Below, piece by piece: positions 1 to 8,638 of a stretch of 64,000 nucleotides of DNA (positions within the stretch are counted from its first letter, which is position 1; each line of letters starts with the position of its first letter). Location of the stretch: contig CAWCRS010000007.1 in the NCBI GenBank assembly GCA_963798085.1, positions 1,792,001-1,856,000 on the forward strand. The letters are read 5' to 3'. This DNA comes from an uncultured Gemmatimonadales bacterium. Its GTDB lineage: Bacteria > Gemmatimonadota > Gemmatimonadetes > Longimicrobiales > RSA9. Both the position numbers and the translations under genes were made by a program. The notes under the pieces were generated by a model that was not told where the DNA came from, did not search any database, and was given only the letters and a program-made list of their open reading frames with translations.

Positions 1-108
1 GCCACCGCCCGCGTGAATCGCCTGGGTGATGCCCCAGGCGATGCTGCGTTCGTTGGCCACACCGAACACGAGCACACGCTTGCCCGCGAACAGCGCTGTT
101 GTATCCAT
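1..108 (-). CDS. fabI: Enoyl-ACP reductase, N-terminal fragment (runs off the window edge)
   Basis: Manual translation of the reverse strand gives MDTTALFAGKRVLVFGVANERSIAWGITQAIHAGG, with the FabI GxANxxSIAWGI motif. Confidence 0.9.
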   Translation of the reverse strand, partial: MDTTALFAGKRVLVFGVANERSIAWGITQAIHAGGG

Positions 109-137
109 GGATCTCCTGGCGAGCGGGTAGAGGTGCG

Positions 138-413
138 CTACTGGAACATATCGAAGGCGCTGTCCAGGTCCTTGCGGGAATAGACACGGAAGGAAACCAG
201 CGTGGTGGTACGCTCGAGTCCGGCCACGCGTGCGAGTTTGCCGGTGACCACGTCGGCGATCTGTTCCCACTCGGGCACGCGCACGATGGCAACGAGGTCC
301 CAGTCGCCGGAGACGGAATAGACCTCGGCCACGCCCTCGATCTCGGCCACTGCCCGTGCCGCGATGGGGATCTGCTCCCGCTGGGCGCGGATCAGCACGA
401 CTGCTGCCACCAT
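138..413 (-). CDS. Stand-alone Lrp/AsnC ligand-binding (RAM) domain protein
   Basis: C-terminal 91 aa of ORF 138..1289, MVAAVVLI...EGVAEVYSVSGDWDLVAIVR, typical AsnC/RAM pattern, no HTH. Confidence 0.85.
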   Translation of the reverse strand: MVAAVVLIRAQREQIPIAARAVAEIEGVAEVYSVSGDWDLVAIVRVPEWEQIADVVTGKLARVAGLERTTTLVSFRVYSRKDLDSAFDMFQ

Positions 414-585
414 CGCCTGCCTCCCGTCATGAGCCACTGCCGCTGCGGGCGACTTCGCGTCGTCCGGCGCGGGGGAGGCGAAGGTATCGCGGCGTCTCGA
501 CCGGCCGCAACCCGGCGCGGGCGGCGCAGGCATGGGGCGGCCGGACCTTGCGCGGAGCGGTGGGCGCCGGGATTTTTCGCGCCCC

Positions 586-1548
586 ATGAATGCAAGGCCC
601 TCCCCGGCTGTGACTGCTGCTGTACCCGTGCCTGCCACATCCCTCCGCGCGCACGTCGCACTGCTCACCATGGCGCTCATCTGGGCGTTGAATTTCTCCA
701 TCAGCAAGCAGGCGCTGGCCACGTTGCCGCCGCTGCCGTTCAACGCTTTGCGGTTTCCGCTGGCGGCCGCGGTGGTCACTGTGGCACTACGCTGGCGAGG
801 CGGGGTGCGACTGCCGCCACGGGAAGATCGCTGGCGGCTGATCGGACTGGGCGTACTGGCGAATGTGTTGTACCAGCTGCTGTTCATATTCGGTCTGGCG
901 CACACGCGGGCGGGTACGGCGAGCGTGCTGCTGGCAGGCACACCCATGGCCACGGCGGTGCTGGCAGCGGCGACGGGGCAGGAACGCGTCACGCGCAGTG
1001 TCTGGGTGGGCGCGGCGGCGACATTGCTGGGGATTGCGCTGGTGGCCGGTGCAGCCACGCCGGAAGCCGGGGAAACCCGTCCTCTGCTGGGCAATCTGCT
1101 GCTGCTGAGCGCAACGGCGGCGTGGGCGGTGTACGCGGTCGCCAGTCGCGACCTGATCCGGAAGCACGGTGCGCTGCCGGTCACGGCATGGACGCTCTGG
1201 GCAGGCTCTGTCGGCATTGTGCTCGCGGGTCTCCCTTCCCTGCTGCACCTCGAGCCCGGCGTGCTCACGCCGGCCGTCTGGCTGGCCATCGTCTATGCGG
1301 GCGCGCTGAGCATTGGCACGGCCTACGTGCTCTGGTCCTATGGCCTGCGGCAGATCGGGCCGACACGGGCGGGCACCTACTCCAACCTGGTTCCCGTCTT
1401 CGCGCTGGTGGCGGCGTGGTTGTGGCTGGGTGAGCGGCCCACGCTCATGCAGGTGCTGGGCGCCGCCATCATCATCGGAGGTGTGACACTGGCGCAGGCG
1501 CGCATCCGGCGGCCCAGCTTCCCGGTGCTGCGGTCGCCGGCACCGTGA
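586..1548 (+). CDS. DMT/EamA family transporter
   Basis: About 10 TM segments in two EamA repeats (IWALNF, LRFPLA, YSNLVPVFALVAAWLWLGE). Confidence 0.92.
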   Translation: MNARPSPAVTAAVPVPATSLRAHVALLTMALIWALNFSISKQALATLPPLPFNALRFPLAAAVVTVALRWRGGVRLPPREDRWRLIGLGVLANVLYQLLFIFGLAHTRAGTASVLLAGTPMATAVLAAATGQERVTRSVWVGAAATLLGIALVAGAATPEAGETRPLLGNLLLLSATAAWAVYAVASRDLIRKHGALPVTAWTLWAGSVGIVLAGLPSLLHLEPGVLTPAVWLAIVYAGALSIGTAYVLWSYGLRQIGPTRAGTYSNLVPVFALVAAWLWLGERPTLMQVLGAAIIIGGVTLAQARIRRPSFPVLRSPAP

Positions 1549-1576
1549 AGCGGCGTCGTCGTCATCTAACTGTATG

Positions 1577-3736
1577 TTAACGGACGCGCAGTATGGTGAG
1601 TTGCGCTGTGCCCGGCCCGGCGAAGCCGCCCCCCTGCAGGCCCGTGAAGGCAAGGTTGAAGGGGTTGGCGATGGGTGAGGCGCTCTGCAGCATGACGTAA
1701 TCCTGCGTGCCAGCCGGCAGCTGGTCACTCCTGAGGTAATCCTGGAACGCCACCACCGAGGGGAACAGCGGGTAGCCTCCGGACACGGAACCGAGCATGG
1801 TGTGCAGGTCGAAATCGATGAAGCCGTAGCGGGCGTCGACGCTGATGCCTGCCAGATCCGGCGCTCCATCGGCCCAGAGCGCGACGCCGAACTCGCTGAG
1901 CAGCTCGCGCCACGGGCGGCCGGTAGCGCCGGCAATGTTGGCTGCTCCGAGGGCCGTGCTGGCCGTCAGCCTGCCCAGCAGCGCGTCGCCGCCGTACTGC
2001 CCGTGCAGGTATTCCACCAGCAGCCAGTTGGCGCCGCGCTGCTCGAGCGTGCCGGGTGATTCCTCGGACAGCGCGGCCACGCTCGCAGGATGCGCCAGGT
2101 ACAGCTGGGCGCGCACGAAGTTGGGGTGACGGAAATCATTGGCCCGCTGTACGTCACCGCGTGCCAGCAGCACGCGGCCGACGATTTCTTCCGCGGAGTG
2201 CGCAAGACCTTCGGAAAGCCACAGCAGATCGAGCCGGCCACCCTTGCGGGAAAAATTGATCATGTGCTGGAACTCGTGCGCCAGGACGCCGGGCACGGTG
2301 CGCAGCACAATGTCCTTGGTGCGCGCCGCGCTGAACTGTCCCTGCGGATCAGGCACGACACCGTAGAAGATCTCGCCCTTGTTGGTTGCCGAGCAGCGGC
2401 TCACATCCACCAGATCGCAACCGTAGAAATAGCCGGCAATGAAACCGGATTGCGATCGATCGGTCAGCGCATTCACCGCGGGCGTGAACAGCACGATGAT
2501 GTGGCCGTTGCCATCAATGTCGGAGGGCGATCCATAGACACTGGTATCGGTGGCGTAGATGGGATCATCGAACAGCGCGAGAAAGCCCTGGATGTCGGTG
2601 GTGTTGAAGCCGCCGCTGGGCGCCGTGTCATCGACGTACGCAATGGCGTGCGTGCTGACGGCCTGCACGGTCGCGGTCACGCGCTTCGACTTGTTGTCCT
2701 GTGTGAGGACGTTGAAGGCGCGCTTGTCGCCGACGGCGGGAATGACAACGGCCGCGCCCGCCGCCGAGGGCTGCGGTGGTGCCCCGCCGCGCATGGCCAT
2801 CTCACTGCGCCGCAGCATCGTCTCGAACTCGAGCGCACGATCGGTGTGCGTGGCCGCAGTTGCGGGCGGCAGCGCCACCGGGCTGGCGCCGGCAATGCCG
2901 AGCAGTTCGTAGCGCAGCGGCAGTCGCATGGTGTCGACGGCATTCTGCGGAACCAGCAGGAAGCGGGAGCCGCTGCCGGCGGCAAACTGCACACAGGCGA
3001 GGTCCGTGGGCTGATCGATGCGCAGCGTCTTGCCGACCGCGAGGCTCAGGGGCGTTTCCGCGGCGGCCACCGTGAGCAGCGGCACCGTGCCGCTGGTGAC
3101 TGCACCGAGCGTCACGCGCAGGGTGGTGCTGCGACTGAGAACGCAGCGCGGCGCATCGACGACCAGTTGTGTGCTGCTGGCGCTGCGGGTCACACCGCGC
3201 AGGCCACCGAAAAGCACGGCGTTATCCGCCGGGTTCGTCGAGAAGTTGCGACCGGTGACGGTGATGGACTGGCCGCCGGTCACCGTGGTGGGCGAAACCG
3301 CCTCCACGATGGGTGCGGACACGGCGCGCAGTGCGAAGGTGGGCGCGGCGCCCACCATTTTCGGTGCTGAAGCCTCGACGCGGATGGCGCCCGTATCCCC
3401 GCCCGCTGTCACGCTGGCCGAGGCGAAGCCGTTGCCATCGGTGCGGGCGTCGATCTGGGCAATTGTCGCCTTGCCCGAGGTCACGCGCCAGGAGATGCTG
3501 GCGTTCTCGACGGGTGTGCCGTGCGTCGGGTCGCTGGCAACCACGGTGAGCGGTACAGCGGCGGCGCCGCCGGGCAGCAGGAACTGACCGCCGCCCTCAG
3601 CGGCGGCGAGAGCAACAGCGACATCGGCGGGCGAGGTGCTGTCATGGGAGCAGGCCGCGAGCGCGACTAACAGCGCGATAGCAAATGCAGGCCCCGCCGG
3701 GCGGCGCTGCGGGCGGACCGCCGGATTCAGGCTCAC
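1577..3736 (-). CDS. Lipoprotein with Ig-like and IPT/TIG domains and a zincin metallopeptidase domain (M30-like)
   Basis: Lipobox LAAC; IPT/TIG segment (VSPTTVTGGQSITVTGRNF); LAHEFQHMINF and WLSEGLAH; start codon uncertain. Confidence 0.75.
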   Translation of the reverse strand: MSLNPAVRPQRRPAGPAFAIALLVALAACSHDSTSPADVAVALAAAEGGGQFLLPGGAAAVPLTVVASDPTHGTPVENASISWRVTSGKATIAQIDARTDGNGFASASVTAGGDTGAIRVEASAPKMVGAAPTFALRAVSAPIVEAVSPTTVTGGQSITVTGRNFSTNPADNAVLFGGLRGVTRSASSTQLVVDAPRCVLSRSTTLRVTLGAVTSGTVPLLTVAAAETPLSLAVGKTLRIDQPTDLACVQFAAGSGSRFLLVPQNAVDTMRLPLRYELLGIAGASPVALPPATAATHTDRALEFETMLRRSEMAMRGGAPPQPSAAGAAVVIPAVGDKRAFNVLTQDNKSKRVTATVQAVSTHAIAYVDDTAPSGGFNTTDIQGFLALFDDPIYATDTSVYGSPSDIDGNGHIIVLFTPAVNALTDRSQSGFIAGYFYGCDLVDVSRCSATNKGEIFYGVVPDPQGQFSAARTKDIVLRTVPGVLAHEFQHMINFSRKGGRLDLLWLSEGLAHSAEEIVGRVLLARGDVQRANDFRHPNFVRAQLYLAHPASVAALSEESPGTLEQRGANWLLVEYLHGQYGGDALLGRLTASTALGAANIAGATGRPWRELLSEFGVALWADGAPDLAGISVDARYGFIDFDLHTMLGSVSGGYPLFPSVVAFQDYLRSDQLPAGTQDYVMLQSASPIANPFNLAFTGLQGGGFAGPGTAQLTILRVR

Positions 3737-3750
3737 CCGCGGCCGCGCGT

Positions 3751-4346
3751 GCCTCGTGCGCCGACGTACAGGAACGCCCCGTGCCCAGCCCTGCCGCCGT
3801 ACCTGCCCGGGCCTGCCGGAAGGCCGCTGTCGAACCCGGGCCAGGTCGGTGCCTGAGCGTGAGTCGGGACCGCGCGCAGGCGAAGGCCGCGCGCCACGAG
3901 CAGGTCCTGTTGCTTCGGGATGAGCTTATGGTTTCGGCCTGGCGCACTGCGGACCGCGTCGTAGCGTGGCGGGCAATGGCCCATGCGATCGCCGTGCAAC
4001 ACGACGTTCTGACGGGCGCTCGCGGGAACCTTCACGCTGCGACGGACGGTATCGAGGTTCGCCGTGCCGACAGCCAGCGGCACGAACAATGAGACGCGGC
4101 GGCTGTCCGGCACCGGAATCCGCGACTTGCTGCCTGCGCGGACGGAGGCGGTGTACCCTGCGCGTCGTACGCGGGTATGCAGCGGCCGGTGTTGCCGTGA
4201 GCGGCAGATGTCGGGGAAGCGTCCGGCGTTGCGGCAGGCTCACGGGGCTCAGCAACGAGAGACCGGACGGAATGGTCATGACCGATGCCGTTGCGTGCGG
4301 ACCCTTGCGCGGGCTGTGTCGCGGCGTGCTGCGCGTGGCCTGAGGC
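3751..4346 (+). ncRNA. Large structured ncRNA, OLE RNA-like
   Basis: No credible ORF; 5'/3' closing helix 3751-3791 with 4311-4346; more than 12 internal helices, G-U pairs mostly favouring the + strand; GGAA tetraloop; ~590 nt; motifs recalled as OLE-like (CCTGCCGGAAGG, CTGAGCGTGAGT, AGGTCCTGTTG, GGTTCGCC). The family name is less certain than the ncRNA call. Confidence 0.72.
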
Positions 4347-4432
4347 TGAAAGCGAGCCAATGACCGGTGGGAAACGCAAGCGCCCCATCAGTGACATGTG
4401 CTACCAGGTCCTGCATTCTGATAAGCAAGGGA

Positions 4433-4465
4433 AGGCGCGCGCGGCCCGGAGGCCGACGCGCGCCT
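4433..4465. other. Strong GC hairpin downstream of the candidate ncRNA (possible terminator or processing stem)
   Basis: AGGCGCGCG-CGGCC-cgga-GGCCG-a-CGCGCGCCT, 14 bp with one bulged A; no clear U-tract. Confidence 0.5.
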
Positions 4466-4618
4466 GATACACGAAGTCTAACGGCGCAAAAGGGGGGTGG
4501 TCAACCGGCCGCGCGGCATGCGTGGCTCGCTTGCGCCGCCTCTGCGCGGGTTTCTACCTTGCGCGCGCTTCCTCGCCCGGCGTGGACCGGGCGCTTCTTC
4601 CTGTGAACGGATCGGAGA

Positions 4619-5314
4619 ATGCGCGGGAAACTGCAATGGCTGCTGCTGGTGCTGTCCTGCAGCGCACTACTGCCACGCGGCGCGGCAGCGCAGCACATCG
4701 CGTCACCCTATCGTTTTCTGGGCGCGAAGCAGGGCGGCACATTCTTCGCCGGCTATCTGCTGACGGGTCGCGGCTCGCTGCAACTCGGGCCGCGCTCGGG
4801 TCCGATATTTGGAGCGCGTTACGACATTATCCTGAGCGGACCGTTCGCGATCGAGGCAGATCTCGGCTACTTCTCGCGCACAAGAGCGGTCTGGGACACG
4901 ACAGCGAATGATACGACGCGGCACACGGTGGGGGATGCGAATTTCCGCGCGGTGCTGGCGACGGCCGCGCTGCGCTTCAATCTGACGGGGCCGCGGACCT
5001 ATCACGGTATTCTCCCTTACCTGCTGTTTGGGCTGGGCGCTGCTCTCGATGTTTCCGGGTCGAGTCCCGCGGAGACCGATCTGGGCAGTGACATCCAGTT
5101 CAACTTCGGCACCAGTTTCACGGGCGTACTGGGCGGCGGTTCGGAGTTCGCGGTGGGCGACCATTTGGCGCTGCGCGTGGATGCGCGCAATCTGCTGTGG
5201 AAGCTGAAGACGCCGCGCGCGTTCCTGCTGAAGTCCGATCAGGCGCTGCTGCTCCCTGCGGATGAGTGGGCGCAGAACCTGTCGCTCACCGCGGGCCTCG
5301 TCATTCGGTTCTGA
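4619..5314 (+). CDS. Outer-membrane beta-barrel protein
   Basis: Signal peptide (..AAAQ), alternating amphipathic strands, C-terminal LSLTAGLVIRF with terminal Phe. Confidence 0.8.
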   Translation: MRGKLQWLLLVLSCSALLPRGAAAQHIASPYRFLGAKQGGTFFAGYLLTGRGSLQLGPRSGPIFGARYDIILSGPFAIEADLGYFSRTRAVWDTTANDTTRHTVGDANFRAVLATAALRFNLTGPRTYHGILPYLLFGLGAALDVSGSSPAETDLGSDIQFNFGTSFTGVLGGGSEFAVGDHLALRVDARNLLWKLKTPRAFLLKSDQALLLPADEWAQNLSLTAGLVIRF

Positions 5315-5331
5315 CCGCTTCGCACGATCGC

Positions 5332-5910
5332 ATGGCGACTCCGAAGCCGGCTGTGGGATCCGCACAGCGAGGTCCTCGCCGGCTGTTTGGCGATCGTCTC
5401 ATGGGCGCCGCCCGCCTGGATCCGCAGACCTACGAAGATGTGGAAGCGGATACCAGCGCCACGCCGCAGGCCGCGCTGGTGGTGTGTCTTTCTGCGGTGT
5501 CTCTTGCCATTGGACAGTCCGCCGCAGGCGCGGAGGGCGTCGCGTACAGCATTGGTCGCGAGCTGCTGGGATGGGTGCTATGGTCCGGCATCACGTGGCT
5601 GATCGGCGACAAGCTGCTGCGCGGCCGCGCGACATGGGGTCAGCTGCTGCGCACGATCGGGTTCGCGCAGGCGCCCGGCCTGCTCTACGCGCTGCGCGCG
5701 ATCCCCGGTCTCGATGCACCGGTAAAGTTCGCAGTGGCCGTGTGGAAGCTGCTGGCGGGCATTGTAGCCATCCGACAGGCCTGCGATTTCGACGAGGGCA
5801 AGTGGGGCACGCAAAAGGCCATCCTCACGGCTGTGCTGGGCTTCATCGCGTACGTGGGCCTGGCGATTCTCGAGGCTCTGGCACTGGGCCTGCCGCTTCG
5901 CCTCGACTGA
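5332..5910 (+). CDS. Yip1-family-like membrane protein
   Basis: About 5 TM segments; RLMGAARLD..YEDVEAD..ATPQA and LLRTIGFAQAPG patterns; start could also be 5401. Confidence 0.65.
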   Translation: MATPKPAVGSAQRGPRRLFGDRLMGAARLDPQTYEDVEADTSATPQAALVVCLSAVSLAIGQSAAGAEGVAYSIGRELLGWVLWSGITWLIGDKLLRGRATWGQLLRTIGFAQAPGLLYALRAIPGLDAPVKFAVAVWKLLAGIVAIRQACDFDEGKWGTQKAILTAVLGFIAYVGLAILEALALGLPLRLD

Positions 5911-5959
5911 AGCGCCGGCGCCTGCAGCACTGCCGCCAAAGGTCCTATATTGCGCCGGC

Positions 5960-6682
5960 ATGACCACACTCCCCGTAGACGAAGTGCCCTGGGTTCTGCT
6001 TGCGAACGGCGTGCGCGTCGCGTCGGGCACGGCCTCGCCCGGAGAAGAGCGCCCGCTGGCGGCCGGCCGGCTGCTGGCCGAGGGTCTGGTGCGCTCGCCT
6101 GCGGAGCTGCTTTCGATAACAGCGCATTCGGGTGATCCGGTGACGCGCATCGTGGCAGGCATCGATGCGGCGGTGTGCGATGCAGGGCTGGCGGAACAGC
6201 GGCATCGCGCGGAGCACGATTGTGGTCTCACGCATTTCGTCACGTGCGATGCGTCTGCGGCACGCCGGCCCCGCGCGCTGCGGTTGCCGGGCGACGATGT
6301 GGCGGAGCTGCTGCGCCTGCTATATGCCGCCTGTGATGCGCGTTTTCCCAACGGTGGCGTGCACGCGGCGGCGCTGACCGATGGCACGTCGCTGCGTCAC
6401 GTGACGGCCGATGTGGGCCGGCACAATGCTGTCGAGAAGGTGACAGGCATGGCGTTTCTCGCGCGCGAAGACCCGGCCGTGCTGGGTCTGCTGGTCACCG
6501 CGCGCATCAGCGGGCAGATGGCGCTGAGCGCGGCACGGGGAGGCGTGTCATGGGTGGCGAGCCGCTCCGTGCCGACGACGCTGGCCGTGGCCATCGCGCG
6601 CGCGGCCGGATTGCCGCTGATCGGACGGGCCGCGAGCCGCGACCGTCGCGTATTTGCGGTCGAGGAGAGCAGCCGCGCATGA
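5960..6682 (+). CDS. fdhD: Formate dehydrogenase accessory sulfurtransferase FdhD
   Basis: GGVHAAAL, DVGRHNAVEK, RISGQM and SVPTTLAV motifs. Confidence 0.85.
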   Translation: MTTLPVDEVPWVLLANGVRVASGTASPGEERPLAAGRLLAEGLVRSPAELLSITAHSGDPVTRIVAGIDAAVCDAGLAEQRHRAEHDCGLTHFVTCDASAARRPRALRLPGDDVAELLRLLYAACDARFPNGGVHAAALTDGTSLRHVTADVGRHNAVEKVTGMAFLAREDPAVLGLLVTARISGQMALSAARGGVSWVASRSVPTTLAVAIARAAGLPLIGRAASRDRRVFAVEESSRA

Positions 6683-7314
6683 CGGGAGCGATGCTCGGGG
6701 CCATCATCGCGGGCGGGCGCAGCGCGCGCTATGGAAGTCCCAAGGCGCTGGCGACAGTCGCAGGCGAGCGCATCATCGACCGGGTGCAGGCCGCGCTGCG
6801 CGCGGTAGTCGACGACGTTGTGCTGATCGCGAACGCACCGGAGCTGGCGCGCGCGGTGATGTTGCCGGTACGTGCCGATGCGGTACCCGATGCAGGCGCG
6901 CTGGGCGGCATCTTCACGGCACTCTCGTGGGCGGAGGAACGGGGGCGTGCGGGGATGCTCGCGGTGGCGTGTGACATGCCCTTCGTGGCACCGTCCCTGC
7001 TCGCAGCGCTGCTACGCGAAGCGGACGTGGAGGAGCAGGGTCGCCTGCCCGATGTCGTGATTCCCGAAAGCGAAGGCCCACGCGCAGTGGAGCCGCTGTG
7101 CGCGTTCTACGCGACCGCCTGCCTGCCCGCAGTGCGCAGCGCATTGGCGCGCGGTGATCTGCGCATGATCGGATTCCACGAAGATGTGCGGGTGCGGCGC
7201 ATCCCGTTCGCGGTCGTGCAGCAGCACGGTGCACCGGAGCGGCTCTTCCTCAACGTGAACACGCGCGAAGAGCGCGAAGCGGCGGAACGCCTGGCGATCG
7301 CGGTGGCGCAATGA
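6679..7314 (+). CDS. mobA: Molybdenum cofactor guanylyltransferase
   Basis: IIAGGRSARYGSPKA, ACDMPF, EPLCAFY, FLNVNT; ATGA overlap with fdhD. Confidence 0.92.
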   Translation: MTGAMLGAIIAGGRSARYGSPKALATVAGERIIDRVQAALRAVVDDVVLIANAPELARAVMLPVRADAVPDAGALGGIFTALSWAEERGRAGMLAVACDMPFVAPSLLAALLREADVEEQGRLPDVVIPESEGPRAVEPLCAFYATACLPAVRSALARGDLRMIGFHEDVRVRRIPFAVVQQHGAPERLFLNVNTREEREAAERLAIAVAQ

Positions 7315-8604
7315 GTCCAGGTCGTCAGGCGGACTGGCTGCTGGTCAACGAGGCCCTGGAGCGCATCCTCGCCGCGGTTGCGCCACTGGGCACGGAAGAA
7401 GTCGACCTGTTGTCGGCGGGCGGGCGCACACTGGGCGTTTCCGTGACATCGCCGGTGGATCAGCCGCCATGGACTAACAGTGCGATGGACGGCTATGCAG
7501 TGCGCTCGGCGGATGTGAGCGGCGCCAGTGAAGACGCGCCACGCACGGTGCGCGTGATCGAGTCCGTGGCGGCTGGTGCCTTTCCCACGCGCGTGGTGGG
7601 TGAGGGTGAGGCGACGCGCGTCATGACCGGAGCGCCGCTGCCCGAGGGAGCGGATGGCGTGATCCGCGTGGAGCACACGCGCGCCGCCGGTGAAGCGCGC
7701 GTCGCGGTCGTGAATGACATGGATGCGGGCCGCAACGTGCGCCGCCGGGGCGAGGATCTGGAGCGCGGACAGGTCGTACTCGAAGCTGGCTCCGTGCTGC
7801 GTGCCGGCGAAGTCGGCGTACTGGCAACGGTCGGTGTGAGGCGAGTACCGGTGTTCCGGCGGGCGCGTATCGGCATTCTCGCGACAGGCAATGAACTGGC
7901 GGACCTCGAGCAGTTCGACGAGGTACTGGCGGGCCGGCGCATCATCAACTCGAACTCCTGGGCGCTGGCCGCCGGCGGCGCAGGCGGTGGGCAGTGACCC
8001 GGTGCTGCTGGGGATCGCGCGCGATGACGCGGACAGCCTGGCGCAGCACCTGGCGCCGGCGCGCGCGCTGGATGCGCTGGTCACGACGGCGGGTGCGAGT
8101 GTGGGCGAGCACGACCTGGTGAAGGACGCGCTCGAGCACATGGGCGCACGCACGGAATTCTGGCGTGTGCGCATTCGGCCGGGCAGTCCCTTCTCGTTCG
8201 GGCTGCTGCCGCGACCGGGTGCGCCGGCGCTGCCCGTATTCAGTCTGCCGGGCAATCCGGTATCGGCGGTGGTCACATTCGAGGTGCTGGTGAAACCGGC
8301 GTTGCGGCGCATGCAGGGCCGGCGCGTGGTACACGCCTGCACCATGCCGGTGCGGACAGCGGAGCGGATCGAGTCGCCACCCGGGCTGATGCGTTTTCTG
8401 CGCGTGACTCTGGAAGCACGTGACGATGGCTGGTACGCCCGCCTCACGGGCGAGCAGGGCTCGGGGATTCTGACATCAGTGGCGCGGGCGGATGCGCTGC
8501 TGGTGGTGCCGCTGGAACGCAGTGTTATCGAAGCCGGCGAGATGGCAATGGCCGTGCCGCTGCGGCGCAGCGACGAAGCGCAGGAAGCATCGGGATTCTT
8601 CTGA
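7311..8604 (+). CDS. moeA: Molybdopterin molybdotransferase, frameshifted near 7975 (probable sequencing error)
   Basis: PPWTNSAMDGYA, MTGAPLP and ATGNEL in 7311..7997; continues in another frame with SVGEHDLVK and LPGNPVS. Confidence 0.92.
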
Positions 8605-8638
8605 GCGGCCGCCGCGAGCCGCGCAACCGCAAGGGACC

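Noticed and set aside
3751..4346. RNase P RNA, tmRNA, SRP or 6S identity for the structured region
   Set aside because: Lacks GAGGAAAGTCC/AACCCGGCTTA, tRNA-like ends and the SRP CAGG-GGAA-AGCAG core; too long for 6S or small SRP.
3733..4397. Short ORFs (126, 144, 135, 121 aa) in the 3737-4618 gap
   Set aside because: No recognisable motifs, mutually overlapping frames, and extensive base-pairing explains the sequence better.
3756..4468. Group II intron reading (GTGCG at 3756, AGC-containing hairpin near 4355, bulged-A hairpin at 4433-65)
   Set aside because: No canonical 34-nt domain V, no room for domains II-IV, the bulged A is about 12 nt from the nearest AY end, and there is no RT ORF. 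Kept only as an alternative for the CM search.
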